A DNA stretch of 63,983 nucleotides, filler included, from Basidiobolus ranarum (Eukaryota): the NCBI GenBank assembly GCA_040143965.1. It is 3 parts of 3 records of this genome, joined end to end, with 100 filler letters (N's around TTAATTAATTAA, not from the genome) between each part and the next. Parts side by side here need not be neighbours in the genome. Positions count along the whole stretch, not along the records: positions 47,321 to 63,983 come from JASJQH010007210.1; 2 more parts are not named here. One strand, given 5' to 3'. The translations under genes and the position numbers were made by a program. The notes below the pieces were generated by a model, which was not told the origin of the DNA, did no database searches, and worked only from the letters and a program-made list of their open reading frames with translations. Every line of letters begins with the position of its first letter. Position 1 is the stretch's first letter. Shown one piece after another: positions 47,532 through 60,628 of the stretch.

Positions 47532-50500
47532 TCAATTCCAAAATGTTGTCTCTACAATGGGATAATGTGTAGGCTCCGATATACGAATCTTCTTTGCGTT
47601 GAACCACTTCAATGGAATGGGTGTATCGTTTAAATTTCCATCCGAATCGAAACCACTGGAGTCTTCTAAAAATTCCCAAGGCTTAAGAATAGGATTGGGT
47701 TTCAGCTGATTCTCGTAGATATTGTAGATTTGGAAGGGGAATATTCGTTTTAATCTACTACCGAATACTGCAGGTAACACCAGCTCGGTCCACATCGTCT
47801 AGAGAAAGCAACAAACATGAATATCATATTTCAATGGCGTGGTTAAGGTTAACTTACTCGAAGGTTTTGAAGAATGGAATTCTTGAATTCTTTCGGGATT
47901 TCTGATGCGATGGGAAATGATTAGAATACAAGTGTGTAACAACAACCTCTGCAACTCGTGGAACATACCATCAATACAAACAGACACCAAATCCAGCACG
48001 AACTCAAACGTTTGAGGGCATGTTCCATTTCCATGGATGACACAGTTCTACAATAAGATCAGCAAACGATGATAGCAACCCAAGCTAATTGGTCAACACT
48101 TACCGACAACAACTGTACTAATGTAGTAATCCATTGTCCTACATCACACTGCGTTGGATTCTTCCATAGAACCGACAACACATTGGTAAAGAGACGTAAC
48201 CTTATTAATAAACTGACATTCAGGTTAGTAAACTACTACTTGGAAAGGAGCATTCACTGTATATATTCACCTGATACGAATGTCTCCGATTAGTACGCGC
48301 CGACCAGATGGGACTTCCTTGATTTCTTCGGTTCTCACGCTGCTGATGGCTGCATGCTATATCAATGATGCAAAATGAAACATTAATGGGGGGAGAAGCA
48401 AAGTCTGACGAAGAAGGATTAACGTTACCAGAACATTGGAACTCAAGTGAAGTGCATGTTCAGCTTCCAAGAAGGGGATATTGCATGACTGCATCACTTG
48501 GAATGTCTAAAAGAAATGATATTTAACAACGATCCATATATGTTAAGCACAGTGGAAGAGCTTTACCTTTAGATGTGGCAGGAATTTGGTGACTTGGTCT
48601 AAAAGAGCTTTTATAAACTCTATCTTGATGTCATTGGAGTCCTCGTTCATAGAGGTGAGTAGAACGCCCAGTATTTCGTTGAATCCATTAACGATTTTGA
48701 CTTTAACCGCAAAGCTGACTTCCATTTCATTGAACATCAGAATATTCTCGGGGAAGGGCTTTCCTTCCTTTCCTATCAGGATTTTCTTGGCCCTTTTGAG
48801 CAGCTATAAAGTCATCAGGGGATCGAGTTAATCCTGGTACTTGTTTCTCATTCAACATTATGAAATCAACCATTACCTCAGCAGCAACATCATTCCTAAC
48901 TCCGATAAATAGATACTTGACAATCGCTGGGTCAATACCTTTAAGTGAGGGCACTTCTTCGAATAAAAAGCTCGCCATCTCACTTAAAGACTCCTCTTTC
49001 CGGGTATTTTCATTAGGAATCCGTCCTGTATCAAACTCTACCTCATTTTCTTCCATCACCTTATCGAATAACAGCCATAACTCCACTTTACAGCGATCCA
49101 TCGTGTAGGCGTTCAATTTGGCAAATAGATCCCGACAGTGAGCGAGTAATGCGGAGGTAGATAAGCTAGACTGAGCAGTTTGATCTGAAAACAAAAAACT
49201 CGTAAATACCACTGTCAAGAAGAAATGGATAGTTACGCAGTGGATAGATACGAACCAGGTATTTCATTAAACAGGATCAAGTAAGTGTCCAACAGCTTGG
49301 AAGCCACTGCTTGTTTCTCTGCTCGTTTGCTCTTCTTTTCCCCAGATTCGGATCTCTTCATATACAACTTGTAGATGTCCGAGATATCGGCCAAACAGAT
49401 TCTACGGAACCAATCCACTGTGGCTAAATCTTTTCTTAGATTCTGTAAATCTGGACTCAGTTCATGATTTAAAGGTAACCCTGACTCAATTACACAAAGT
49501 TGGTGGATCAAGTGGAAAAGCAGTTTTAACGAGCGAGTTGTTTGAAATTCTCTGCTTAAACTGCCTTGGATCCCATTCATTTCCTGTAATAATAACATGA
49601 CAGAATGAACAACAGAAATCGAATCAACCCAATGAAAACATGCACTGACCTGTGTACTGATTACTAGCACCTCTTGCCCATTGGTTTCAGGTTGTGTGAG
49701 TATCAAGCTGAGAAATGCAAGTATGTTCTTACACATTACGACCATTCCGGAGTCTAATTGCCTATGCTTAGCCTATGAAAGAGAAGGGGTAGGTCATTTT
49801 AAGTGTCGAATGAGGTGGGGGGGAACCCTGTTGCTTACCTTGACGAAATTCTGAATGATCTTTTCCAGGACAATGGTACTGATCTCTTCAATCAGGGCAG
49901 AAACTGAACAACTTCCCTTAGCTAGCAAAACAGTCAGAAATAGAGTAAACCATTCGGTTTTAGGACTTTCCAATATATGAATGTTTTTCTTGTTGGCATT
50001 GAATTGGTTGGGGATTCGAAGCCACTCGACAATGGCATTGTTCGATTCTCTAGTATTCAATTCTTGAAATAATTCCGAAAATCGAGTCAATTTCTTTCTA
50101 AACTCTAAGAATTCACTTGTCGTGCTTTGAAGTTCCGTCAAACACATGACCACATTGTCAAAAAGCTTAATCATCCAGCCGTCAATGGTATGATATTTAT
50201 GCCATAGAGTACTAGCGACAGTCGTGGCTGATAAAGAGCTATCATTGGCAAATGAGTACAATTCTTCGATACGTGGTGGAAATACTGGAGCTGGATAAGC
50301 TGAGTTGATGGTGAGGCAAGCTTCGTCATACTCTATCAAATCCTGGTTCAACTGTAAACACATATTAGATTGCGTGGTTTCAATCAGCAGTTGGGTGGAT
50401 AATAAACAAATACCTGGTTTACAATTTTCATGTCAAACTCGATGATTTCGTATGCCAAAGATTGAACATAGACCAGCAAGATTTTGTTGACCGTGCGTTT

Positions 50501-53500
50501 GGATTTTAATTCATTATGCTATGTAGAAGAGTAGAAGGTTACTGAGAGAGAATATAAAGGAATCTCTTTTGTCAACATACCTTTTCCAACAACACTTTTA
50601 CAATTTCATCTCTCCTACCCATGGAGATCCAATACGCTTGGTATTGCTTTACAAGCTCAATTACAACCGTGATGACTGAGTCTTCAATGGTATGTTCAAG
50701 GGTCCAAAGAGCAAGCTAAATTTACGATGAGAAATCAACTCTTCAGGTTCAGGAGAAAACACTATGTCTTAACTCACCTCAACAATGCCATAGTAGTCTT
50801 GTACAATTCCTATGATTCTTGCGATAGTTGAGAATTGTCTGGGATTGAGCAGAGATGTACCGGGAGATGTTATAACTCTCCAATTGTCCAAGCCAATCCT
50901 AGTTACCTCTTGTGTTACTAGTAGTTCAAAAGAAATTCCCGCAACAATAAAAGACTTACTCGACATCCTTAACTACGTATTGCTTTACCATTTCCAGTAA
51001 CCATTGCTGACTAATATGGATTTGTGCAAATCTGTTGGAGCTTTTTAACAGTTCCACTAGCCCACTGTCAATCGGTAACTGAAGATGGAATTCCTTGGTA
51101 TAATCATCCACAATAGGTGAGGTAAGTTTCTGAACACAATTCAGAATCTTGGGATCAACCGCCTCAACATCGTCCTCACAAGAAGCTGACAGGTAAGGTA
51201 GTTTGGTACGGATTTTGCTCTTTATGACTTCTAGATGTGCGGTTTCATGGTCTTCCTACAAATATGCAACATCGATGTTAATTTGTGACCAAAACATGCT
51301 TCTTACAATAAGCTGGTAATTTACTCTTCCGTCCACTCCATAAAGCGCAATCCTGCGTTGGTTTAGCAATGCGATAGACATATTCGCAAGTGGGAATATT
51401 TGCAGGTACTTTAAATGTCGTAAAGTTTTCTAGTCAATGCAATGATATTCATCAGTCAGTAATAGCTCTCTAAAAATGTTGCTCTGTACTAAGCTACCTC
51501 CTCCGTACGCCTAGAGACCAACAAATCTCCGCGTGAAATCAGCCTTTGTAAATATCTTGAATACGAGAAAAGTCCAGATTTGGTGAATTCCCCAAACAGC
51601 CAAGCAATAGTGTCATATTCTTTGCAAAATAAGTTAACCAAACAGCCACATGACATTTTCTTAGTCCATCAAATGAATTACCTTCACCGTCATTAGCAGA
51701 TGTGCATGCATATGTATCTAAGAATCTAAGCAAAATTTCTTGAAGTAAATCCAGGTAACTTGCCTGATCAAGATCCAAGACTTGCTGGTCATATGTCTCT
51801 TTCAGTCTTAACAATAAAGTCAATATAATATATATTTTGTGATTTCCCGGTCGTAGGTTGGTGATAACCCAATTGCACAAAGTGCAGACTTTCTTCTCGA
51901 ACTCGTTGGAGGCAGCTTGTATGTTCCAATCTTTGAAGAATCTATCAGCCAGTGCATCAAAGTCGGAATTCAAGTCCACTTTAAACAATGACTAAAACAA
52001 AATAGAAATGCGCTCAGTAAATGATCGAATCGTTTGGTAACATCCACATTCTCTTTCATACCAGGAATCTTAAATCAGCATCTGTTTGAAATGCTGAATT
52101 CTGCTCCGCAATAGCCTCCGTCTCTCCAGTCTGTGAAAACACTGCGTTTCTTCGGTCGACGATCTCAAACAGCTCTTTCATTCGAATGGTCATGGCTAGC
52201 TCGAAATGGAAGTTCTCTCTCATTCCAAGAATGGGAACAACCATCGGATCGGTCACTAGCACATCACATAAAGTTTGTCGATGCTGCTGCCAAAATACAG
52301 GGTGTACAAATGCATCACTAGATGACATGAACAATGCCTATCATATCAAAGAGTGTAAATTTCCCTGTAAATGCGGCATTTGCCTACTGAAACACATGGC
52401 ATTACCTGAATAAAGCGAACGAGTTCTCTTGCGAGATATCCGTGTCTCCAGACTTTCATGGTTACAGCGTGCTTCCGTAACTAATGCCGAAGACAAATGC
52501 TCGTTTAATACAAACTCTATTAGAATTGACACTGACCCAGACACTTACTTGATCAATCTTCCCCAACAAATGATCTATCAGTAGTCTCAATAATGTACGT
52601 GAACGCTCATACTCAGATATAAGTTGAGTAACCAAAGGTAGCAGTACAGCACTTTGCTCGAAATTGGCATTTCCAAATTGATCGAGGGCCCACTTGAGGA
52701 AATGTCTCTGGTCCAATATCCCCTCGGCATATTGCCATTTGGCGAGTTTAATTCTTGAAAAGTGATCAGTAATTGCGGGGGAAGCATCTAAAATAGTCTC
52801 AAGTCAACTTACGAATACAGCCATTTATTAGTCCATCGACTCTTTGTGTCTTCTGAGACCCAGGGCTTATTGATTGATGATGAGCCTGAAGTGGCTCGGT
52901 TTTGATTCGACAGTTCAAAGAGTTGCCGAGACATATATTGCGTAAATATGTTGGTCCATTCTACGGCGTATTGCTGAATGGTCAACGGTGCCTTGCTTCG
53001 TTGAAATTGCTACCGGATTAAGAGCATAAGTAACTCGGCTATAGAATGATAATTTTATACATCAACTAACTAGTTCGCTTAACCCGATCGCTTTAATGAC
53101 CCAGCCTGCTCTCAACAATGGTGTCTGGTTTATGACTAGAGTTTCAATCAGCTTGTCTCCTTTCAGACTAGACTTGAATTTAGTTTAACGATCTCAAGGG
53201 ATGCAGGTTGAGCTAGCTAACTTACCCATGCGGTATGCTTTTCAGTAGTTTCCGTAATGGTACGGCACCGCCAACGAGATCCTGAACCCATTGATCCTTT
53301 AGTTGCTCACTTAAAGAAACTCTCGTAGGAGGTCGAAAGGTCGAGGGGCTATGGAGAAATTTAGATAAATAACACGAGAAGATTGTCAATACTCATCAGA
53401 CGCAAATACCCAGTTATGATCCGTTCTTTTTGCTTCCGACCAAGAACGTCCGTGATGAAGGCACGTAGTTCATCTCGAACACGCGAGTCTTGTAAACGAT

Positions 53501-54281
53501 CATAAATCATGTCGTGTGCTGAAAAAGATTCATTCTAAATTGGCATATATCCAGTTCACATTAGGACGAGAATCTTGTCGTTAGAATATCAGTGAGAAGT
53601 AAATACCTGAATTGCCATCCGATCTTGGAAGCCTCCTCTGACGTTGGCATCTGTGAGTTGATCTTCTTCTTGGTCTGGTCGTTGTGGAAAGAAGTCGGGG
53701 TATCCTATTATCGGAAGTTAGTTTACACAATCTCGGATGAGCATTTCTCAAACATCGCAACAAACCTAAATCGCTCGTTTTATGTAACGGAGCTTTTTTC
53801 GGTGGTGGCAATAAGGTGTATTTTTTAAGGGTAGTAACATTGTTTTTTTGTGAGGAAGAATGGGATTGACTTGGACTCGGTGAAGTATGAGCAGGAGAAA
53901 TAGCTGGATATCCTCCACTTTGTCCGTAATTAGAATTATGATTTCCCAAGTGTTGATGATAGCTTGAGGGTTTTCCTGAACCATAAGGTGGTGGATTTTG
54001 TTTGCTTGACATATTGGGAGTAGTCTGTGCTCCATTTGGTAAAGAAGGAAAAGAGGATCCAGGATTTCCATTATTAGGACGATACAGACGTGAGTTGTTG
54101 TGGTGGCCTAATGATGGGAACACGCGTCAAAAGATTTAGCTCGATTAGTAAAAAAAATAGACATACATGTAACAAGATTCCAAGGATTACGAAGATATAA
54201 AAATACACGAATCTCCTTCATATTCCTTTAAGCCAAAATAGTAAAAAACAAAGCACTCTTACCTGGGTATTTCCCCGCCAT
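47532..54281 (-). CDS. MED12: Mediator kinase-module subunit MED12/SRB8, many exons
   Basis: LKKYTLLPP..LGYPDFFPQRPDQEEDQLT..VRGGF; Med12 domain FRPPTRVSL..DQWVQDL..VPLRKLLKSIPHG..PLLRAGWVIK; LDQRHFLKWAL; C-terminal KPWEFLE..NDTPIPLKWF. The start exon MAGKYP at 54281 is a best guess. Confidence 0.9.
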
Positions 54282-55414
54282 GACTTCCTTTCGCTTTTTT
54301 TGTATTGGCAGATTCTATACTAATAGCATTCAATGAAGTTTTAGATTCAAAGTGTGTTGTGCCACTGCTTTATTCTACTAATAGTGAGATCTACCACAAC
54401 ACTCGTCGAATAAAACTAAGTCAACTCCACTAAAATCCGAAAGCTCACTCTGACCCAGTTCCGTGTGTTCTGGAGATGGTAGTGTGCCCCAAAGTAGGAT
54501 GAGTTGAATATTTGAAAGTTCACGTTTACGCTTAGATTACGCTATTTTTGTATAGATCACGATAATATTCTGGGTGACATCATACGATGCAATCCTCCTA
54601 CAAACATCCACTTTCAATCCTACGATGGTTTTTTATTGATGAGGGCCAATAATAAAGGAGTCATATTGATCAATTATGAATTACGGTTAATATTAAATAT
54701 CGAAACTTCGCAGTTGGCGAGGAAATTTTTCGTGGTGAGATCAAGTACTATCAGCTTCTTAATCCTTTGTTAGGTCACGAGTTTATCCAAGTTTGCTTGT
54801 GTTCGAATATTGACATGCACCCCTGGGAAGATACGTACAATCTAGGGTAGTATTAGTTGATTGATATTGCTATCATTACGCAAGACAATATTGTATACCC
54901 ATTGATGTACATATAAAGGCCTGCTTTACGAAGAAACTCCGACCAGTTAGGAGAACATTCCCTTTCCACTGCTCTAAATACAATTGATGGTTTATCACCT
55001 ATACTACACATTTCCCAGGTGGAGACTTTCGAAATAGCATTACTGTTCGTTAGCTTTCATCTCCACAACGATGTAGTAAGTGCAGTAAAAAAAAGTCAAG
55101 ATAGTAGATAGAATGAGATAATATAGTCTGTTAGCTTCACCTGATCGAATGTTAAACATACATGGCCCATTCACTGGATCACAACTTAAGCATTGGCTAA
55201 GATAAAATTTGAAGTTCTATTCATGATTAGCTAACAGACGGATCGATTCTCATTTAGAAGTTCTAGACACTTGGATTCACCGTATCTTCATATCTCTCAA
55301 ATCACATATGAGATTGGATTAGAATAGCCGCGGATCAACCAGCATTTATCTGGCAGGCCAAGGAATGTACGACAAGTGCCGCTGCCCAAGTACAGAAGTG
55401 AATCATTCTTGTTG

Positions 55415-55505
55415 ACCTCTCAGTTGCTATTTACGGCTGCTATTTACGGAATCTCTCTGGTAGGCCTCTTAGTTGCTATTTGCGGAATCTCTCTTGTTAT
55501 TTGCG
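55415..55505. repeat. Degenerate short repeat array (TGYTATTTRCG x4; two copies extended by GAATCTCTCT)
   Basis: Copies start at about 55425, 55438, 55474 and 55495. Confidence 0.8.
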
Positions 55506-56372
55506 ATCGGGTAATTCGGGCTTCCAGTTACTACTTATGCCTTTGACCTTCTAGTTTCTGCTTATGATCAGGAATCGAGAATCGGGAATCTGAGTATAGG
55601 TTGTATGTACCCTAGGATGTTACCTAGATACTTACCTAACTGAGTCCTAACCCTCTTGACTGTGAACAAATCAGATTTGCACTAAATGCAAAACAAATCA
55701 AATACATGCAAATCATCTCCAAGACGATCTATAAATTGTACGAGTGTATTAAGTAATTGTCTTAGCTGGGTCAGGGTTTTATTATAAGCATTAGGTTAAG
55801 CATTTGGTTGCGAAGAGTGAAAAGCTGCCTCCAACATCGAATCTGGTTTGTTTCGCACGGCCAATCCTGTATTAGGAGCACAATCCATGCATTCAATTAT
55901 CAATTTGTGCTCTCTGAACAGGAATCGGTGCAGCCAAGCTCATCGTATATGGACATTAAAGCTCAGTATCACCTTCTTGGCTAAACCTTATAGCATTCAT
56001 GTATATGCATGCAAAGATAGCACTCGAACATTAAAGCTGTTGTAGAAGATGCCTTTACATGGTCTAACATGGCCACTGAGTTGGGAAATCTTCACATTGC
56101 CTTTACCCATGACATGCATGTTGACGTGACAGGCAATTACTGACCAGATGTGTCATATAGCTCCGAATGGAGTTTAATTAATCTTTTTCTGCGACCAGAA
56201 CAGCTCAACTAATCCGTATGGCAACAAGGGAGATCGAAATGCCTTATCCCAAATACATAGGGAGTTCCCGGCATTTTGCGCAGTTAGTTCGGCCTAATAA
56301 GTATGGCAGAGGCTGAGGCTGATGGTGATGCGGATGGGCTATGGTAATTGACAGCTCAGGAGTCATTGGATG

Positions 56373-56461
56373 CATTCCTTCATTGCAATATCACATACAT
56401 TCCTTCATTGCAATATCACATACATTCCAAAGATTTCCGCTCCCATCTTGCTCCCATCTTG
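56373..56461. repeat. Two adjacent tandem duplications (25 bp x2.2 and 11 bp x2)
   Basis: CATTCCTTCATTGCAATATCACATA repeated over 56373-56428; GCTCCCATCTT repeated over 56439-56461. Confidence 0.9.
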
Positions 56462-57637
56462 GGACTAAAGCACGTCAAGTGGCAGTCAAGGCTGCATAGC
56501 CAATGGATGATTTGTAAGAGGGAAGTGCGGCCATTCAACGTTTCATTACGTCTTATTGTACCTCCCATTTCCAAAATTGGAGTCTGTTTTATTGGGCGGA
56601 GCAGGGGAGCGGAGCAGAGATTCATTCCAAATATCCTAATCCCAATGGCTGTGGTTTGGAACTTTGAGCATATGCGTCAAATTACAGATGGATCAGCTGG
56701 TTTGATGTTTCCAGTGATTGTGGAATCGGAACTCTGGCAATGCTAGCACAAGGCCTCAGCTAACAACCATCAAACTTGGCGGGCTGGCTTCGGCTGGTGC
56801 TAGTGAATTCTCAGCTGCCTGACCCTTGATCATACAACATTGTTCGTTACACAGATGTGAAACCCCAACAAACTACCAACTACAAGTCCTTGTAAAAACG
56901 GCAGTCTCAAGTTAGTAGAGATAAACGCATTGATTGTAAAATGGATTTAGCCACACTCCCCAGCCAATCACGGGCCATTGTTCGGCTATGGCATTCATAG
57001 ATTGCCAAAGTTGCATTTCATTCGCAACGACGGGGACCCATGGGGATTGGCTAACACATGTTGATCCCTTTTAGATTAGCATATTGATTTAATTGTTTTC
57101 CGAAGGAGTCGCTGGTTTGACAGTGACTATTATTTTGTGAAGCGACATTCAAGTGAGTAGGCACGGATGACCTCATCCTATGGTAAAAGTGTCATTACTA
57201 TTTGACATTAAAATCTACTTTATTCTACTTGCCTCGAAGCTCTTTTAATTAACTCTTGCTTAGCTTATTCATTTTGGCCTCGTTTTTTAAATCCTCGCAG
57301 TCTCTTCTTTTTCCAAGGTTTCCTTTGCACTCTGTCTCTTTCCCAATACTACTTGCTAGTTGCATCTTTTCAGCAGTGTACGGGCCTTCAAAGGCAAACC
57401 ATCAGCTGATATTATTGGCGTTTATAAGGTTACTCTTAAAAGCATATATAGCATAACGGAAGACCTTGTTTAGAGAATCCTCGATACATAACCTCTCAAC
57501 ATATTTTGCCTGTTAGCGTATCTAACAAAGACAATAACCTAGAACTTTATTACCTGACCCCCTAGTATCTATATAGCCCATACAGAGCCAAAAACCTCGA
57601 CTCATAACCTAGATATTTTCTTGTGAGAAGGTACAAC

Positions 57638-60074
57638 ATGGCTCAAAGTACCAGAGGGCACAGTCAAGTAGCAGCTACTGAATGCTCCCCTCAAAACGAA
57701 AACTCTGCTCTGACTGAGTCAATGACAAAACTTACTATATCAACACAACTTTCGAGAACTTCATCTCCTAACGTTTCAGTGTATACTGAAAACAAGTATG
57801 AAGGCAATCATTTCGGCGAACAATTAGAATTCCCTGGTAAGTTACATTTTTTTAGAGCCACGAGTTATATCTTGGGCTCCTTAAGATGTTCCTATATGGT
57901 ATTAACCGTAATTCCAGGAACACCAACCACAGATTCAGACCCTGGTTTAGCCTCACCCAAGTCTCTAGTTTCTGCTAGTAGTAATAGTACTGCTCATAGT
58001 ATAAAACGTGCTTCCCCGCAAGGTTGCATATTTGTTGCAAGGTTGGTTCCATTCATCACATTGACCTTTTCAAAGTATATTCAATTCATAAATTTTATTT
58101 CAATTAGTCTTGCTGCATCCAAAACTGACGAGGAACTACATGAAAGTGTTACAAAACATTTCAGCAAATATGGAAAATTGCTGAATGTGAAGGTCCTTAA
58201 AGATTGGAAGCAAAGGCCATACTCCTTTGTTCAGTTTGAGGTGGATACATTCTTATTTGAGTAGCTTCCTGTAGCTGTGGTCTAATCCATTTCATTCCAT
58301 TTCCAAACAGAATGTTCACGATGCGAAGCGAGCACTGACCGAGGCTCATCATACAATTTTAGACGGCCGGCATATCCGCGTGGAACAAGCTAGAGTAAAT
58401 AGAACACTATTCATAGCAAAAATCAGTCGATCTCTGAATGAAGAGGTATGCATCCAATCAAGGTTTCATGTTGGGCCACTTTCATTAATGATCTTTCTAG
58501 GAATTGAGAAATATTCTTGAGGAGTATGGCCCCTTGGAGGATTTGACGATCTTGCAGAATTATCAAACTGGCCGCAGTAAGGGCTGTGGCTTTGTCAAGT
58601 TCTGTTATCGAGATGATGCAATTAGGGCTTATTCGGTAATTTTCATCAGTAATTAATATCGTTGAATGCCCAAGAGTTCCCTTACTGCGCTCCAATAAGC
58701 CAATCCCCTTCCACACCAAGTTTATTAATGATTCAATACATGTAGGAATTACGGGTTAATTCCAAATGGGTAGTCGAATGGGCACCAAATTTGGAACGAG
58801 GGTCTGGTCAGGTTGATCGTACTAGTGTATTTATTGGACAGTTGAATCAGAAACTAGTCACGCAAAGTTTACTGGAAGAGAAGTTTGGCAAATATGGGAA
58901 AATAGAACTCCTGAATTTGGTCAACCGCAATGCTAATATGCCAGGTACTGCATCTCAATTATGCATTTGTTAAAGAATAACTGACTCAACTGATATCGTC
59001 GATACCAGCTTTCGCATTCATCAAATATTCCAATGAAGATGCTGCTGGGAAAGCCATCGAGAATGAGGTATAGTGCCCTCGTTGGTCTCACATCAAGTGG
59101 GTACGGCTCTAATTGAATGTTACATATTGTAGAATGGGTCTCGTTGGCTAGAAACCACCATCCGTGTCCAGTACCGTGAATCCAACGAAGGGCGTGTACA
59201 TAAGCAGCTGAGACCCAATAATTATTTCACCAAATTATATCCTGGCTCTTCTATTCGCGGTGCCGTGCCTTTTAGCCCTCCCCACTATGAACATCGCCCA
59301 AGTGTCGCAACGGTACATTGTTTAAGTAGTCCATTGCTCTTCATTCTTAGTATTAACCCAATTTTTGTGGCAGAGTACCGAGGCGACAGGGTATCCTTAT
59401 TACATATATCTAGGAAATGGTAAGATATTCGTTTTGCATTCTCAAACTCAACCTTATTCACAAAACCTATAATGATAGATTATTCACAAAATACACCACT
59501 TTACCAAGTAGTTGATGGTAACGCCTATCCTCAAATGCACATGTATGAGTCAGGGCAATCACCGCCGGGAACTAATCCTCCAATATTTCCAAATGTTTCT
59601 TCGAATGGCGAACAAGTGCCTAACCCATACATGTTTGGTGATCCTAATCAGCCAAATTATCCGTCTTATGCTTCATTTAGCAATCCTAACAATCAGCCTA
59701 GTACCCGAAGTCCACCACCTACAGCACCTGCGGCCTCTGGTGGATCTATGCAACAATCAATGACTTCTAATATTCCACCGTCTTCGTGGGTCCCATATCC
59801 TGGTACGTACTACGCTTTTCCAATGAGTGCAGTACCCACTCCTGGCCCTTACCCTGTTGCGTATATGCCGATTCCAATATCTGACCCGCAGTATCAGCAG
59901 CACTATCTTCCTAAAGGGCATATTGCAGGTCAGGCTCCCCAAGCCCAGAATGGCGGTTCGCAACAGGCAGGGTCTTCAGAGTATTCACACGGTACACATC
60001 AGATGTATCACCCATACAATGGTGACTTCAATGGCGGAGGTGACCGAAAGGAAAGACTTAAACATGCTGAATAA
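57638..60074 (+). CDS. RIM4: RIM4-like meiotic triple-RRM RNA-binding protein with low-complexity C-terminus, multi-exon
   Basis: RRM1 GCIFVASLAASKTDEELHESVTKHFSKYGKLLNVKVLKDWKQRPYSFVQF..DAKRAL..LDGRHIRVEQARVNRTLF; RRM2 GFVKFCYRDDAIRAY..WVVEWA; RRM3 SVFIGQL..AFAFIKY..AIENENG..IRVQYRE, all Rim4-family hallmarks as recalled; P/Q/N/Y/S-rich tail. Confidence 0.85.
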
Positions 60075-60628
60075 GTTTAATCTATTTGTGATATTTGCTA
60101 TATTTGCAGCTTTTCTAATATGATATTTCACTTGCCTTTTATGTGTTATTAGTGTACCCCTGATAAATCTCCCCTCTATAGCCCCTTTACTAAATGTTCA
60201 TTTCTACTATATGATTTCTTTTAATACTGTCGTGAAAATACTAAGTATAACCCTGTAATAGTTCGTATTATTTTCTTCTTCACTTCTACAACTCGAAATG
60301 TATCTTTACATACAAATTATCTGAACTCCCTATCTGATTTATACGTTTCTATGGCAAAACATGCTATAAAGGTTGTATTTCTTTCGTCGCTGTATCACAT
60401 AACCTGCTTGCACACACCAGAGCAAATTTGATGTATCTGTTCTATAACCAAACACGTGAACTCATTATCTTTTTATTTTGTCTCGTAATTGCGGGGAGTG
60501 ATGTACAAATATGCCTATTTCGCCATATAACAAAAATATAAGCAAACTTGAATGTGCATACAGACAGTTCTCAGTTATATAAATCCTGCCTATTGTCAAA
60601 TGAACGGTTTCTCCGTGATCGTAACGTA

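Noticed and set aside
55324-55333. TAGCCGCGGA resembling yeast URS1 (TAGCCGCCGA)
   Set aside because: Core mismatch, single copy, 2.3 kb from RIM4.
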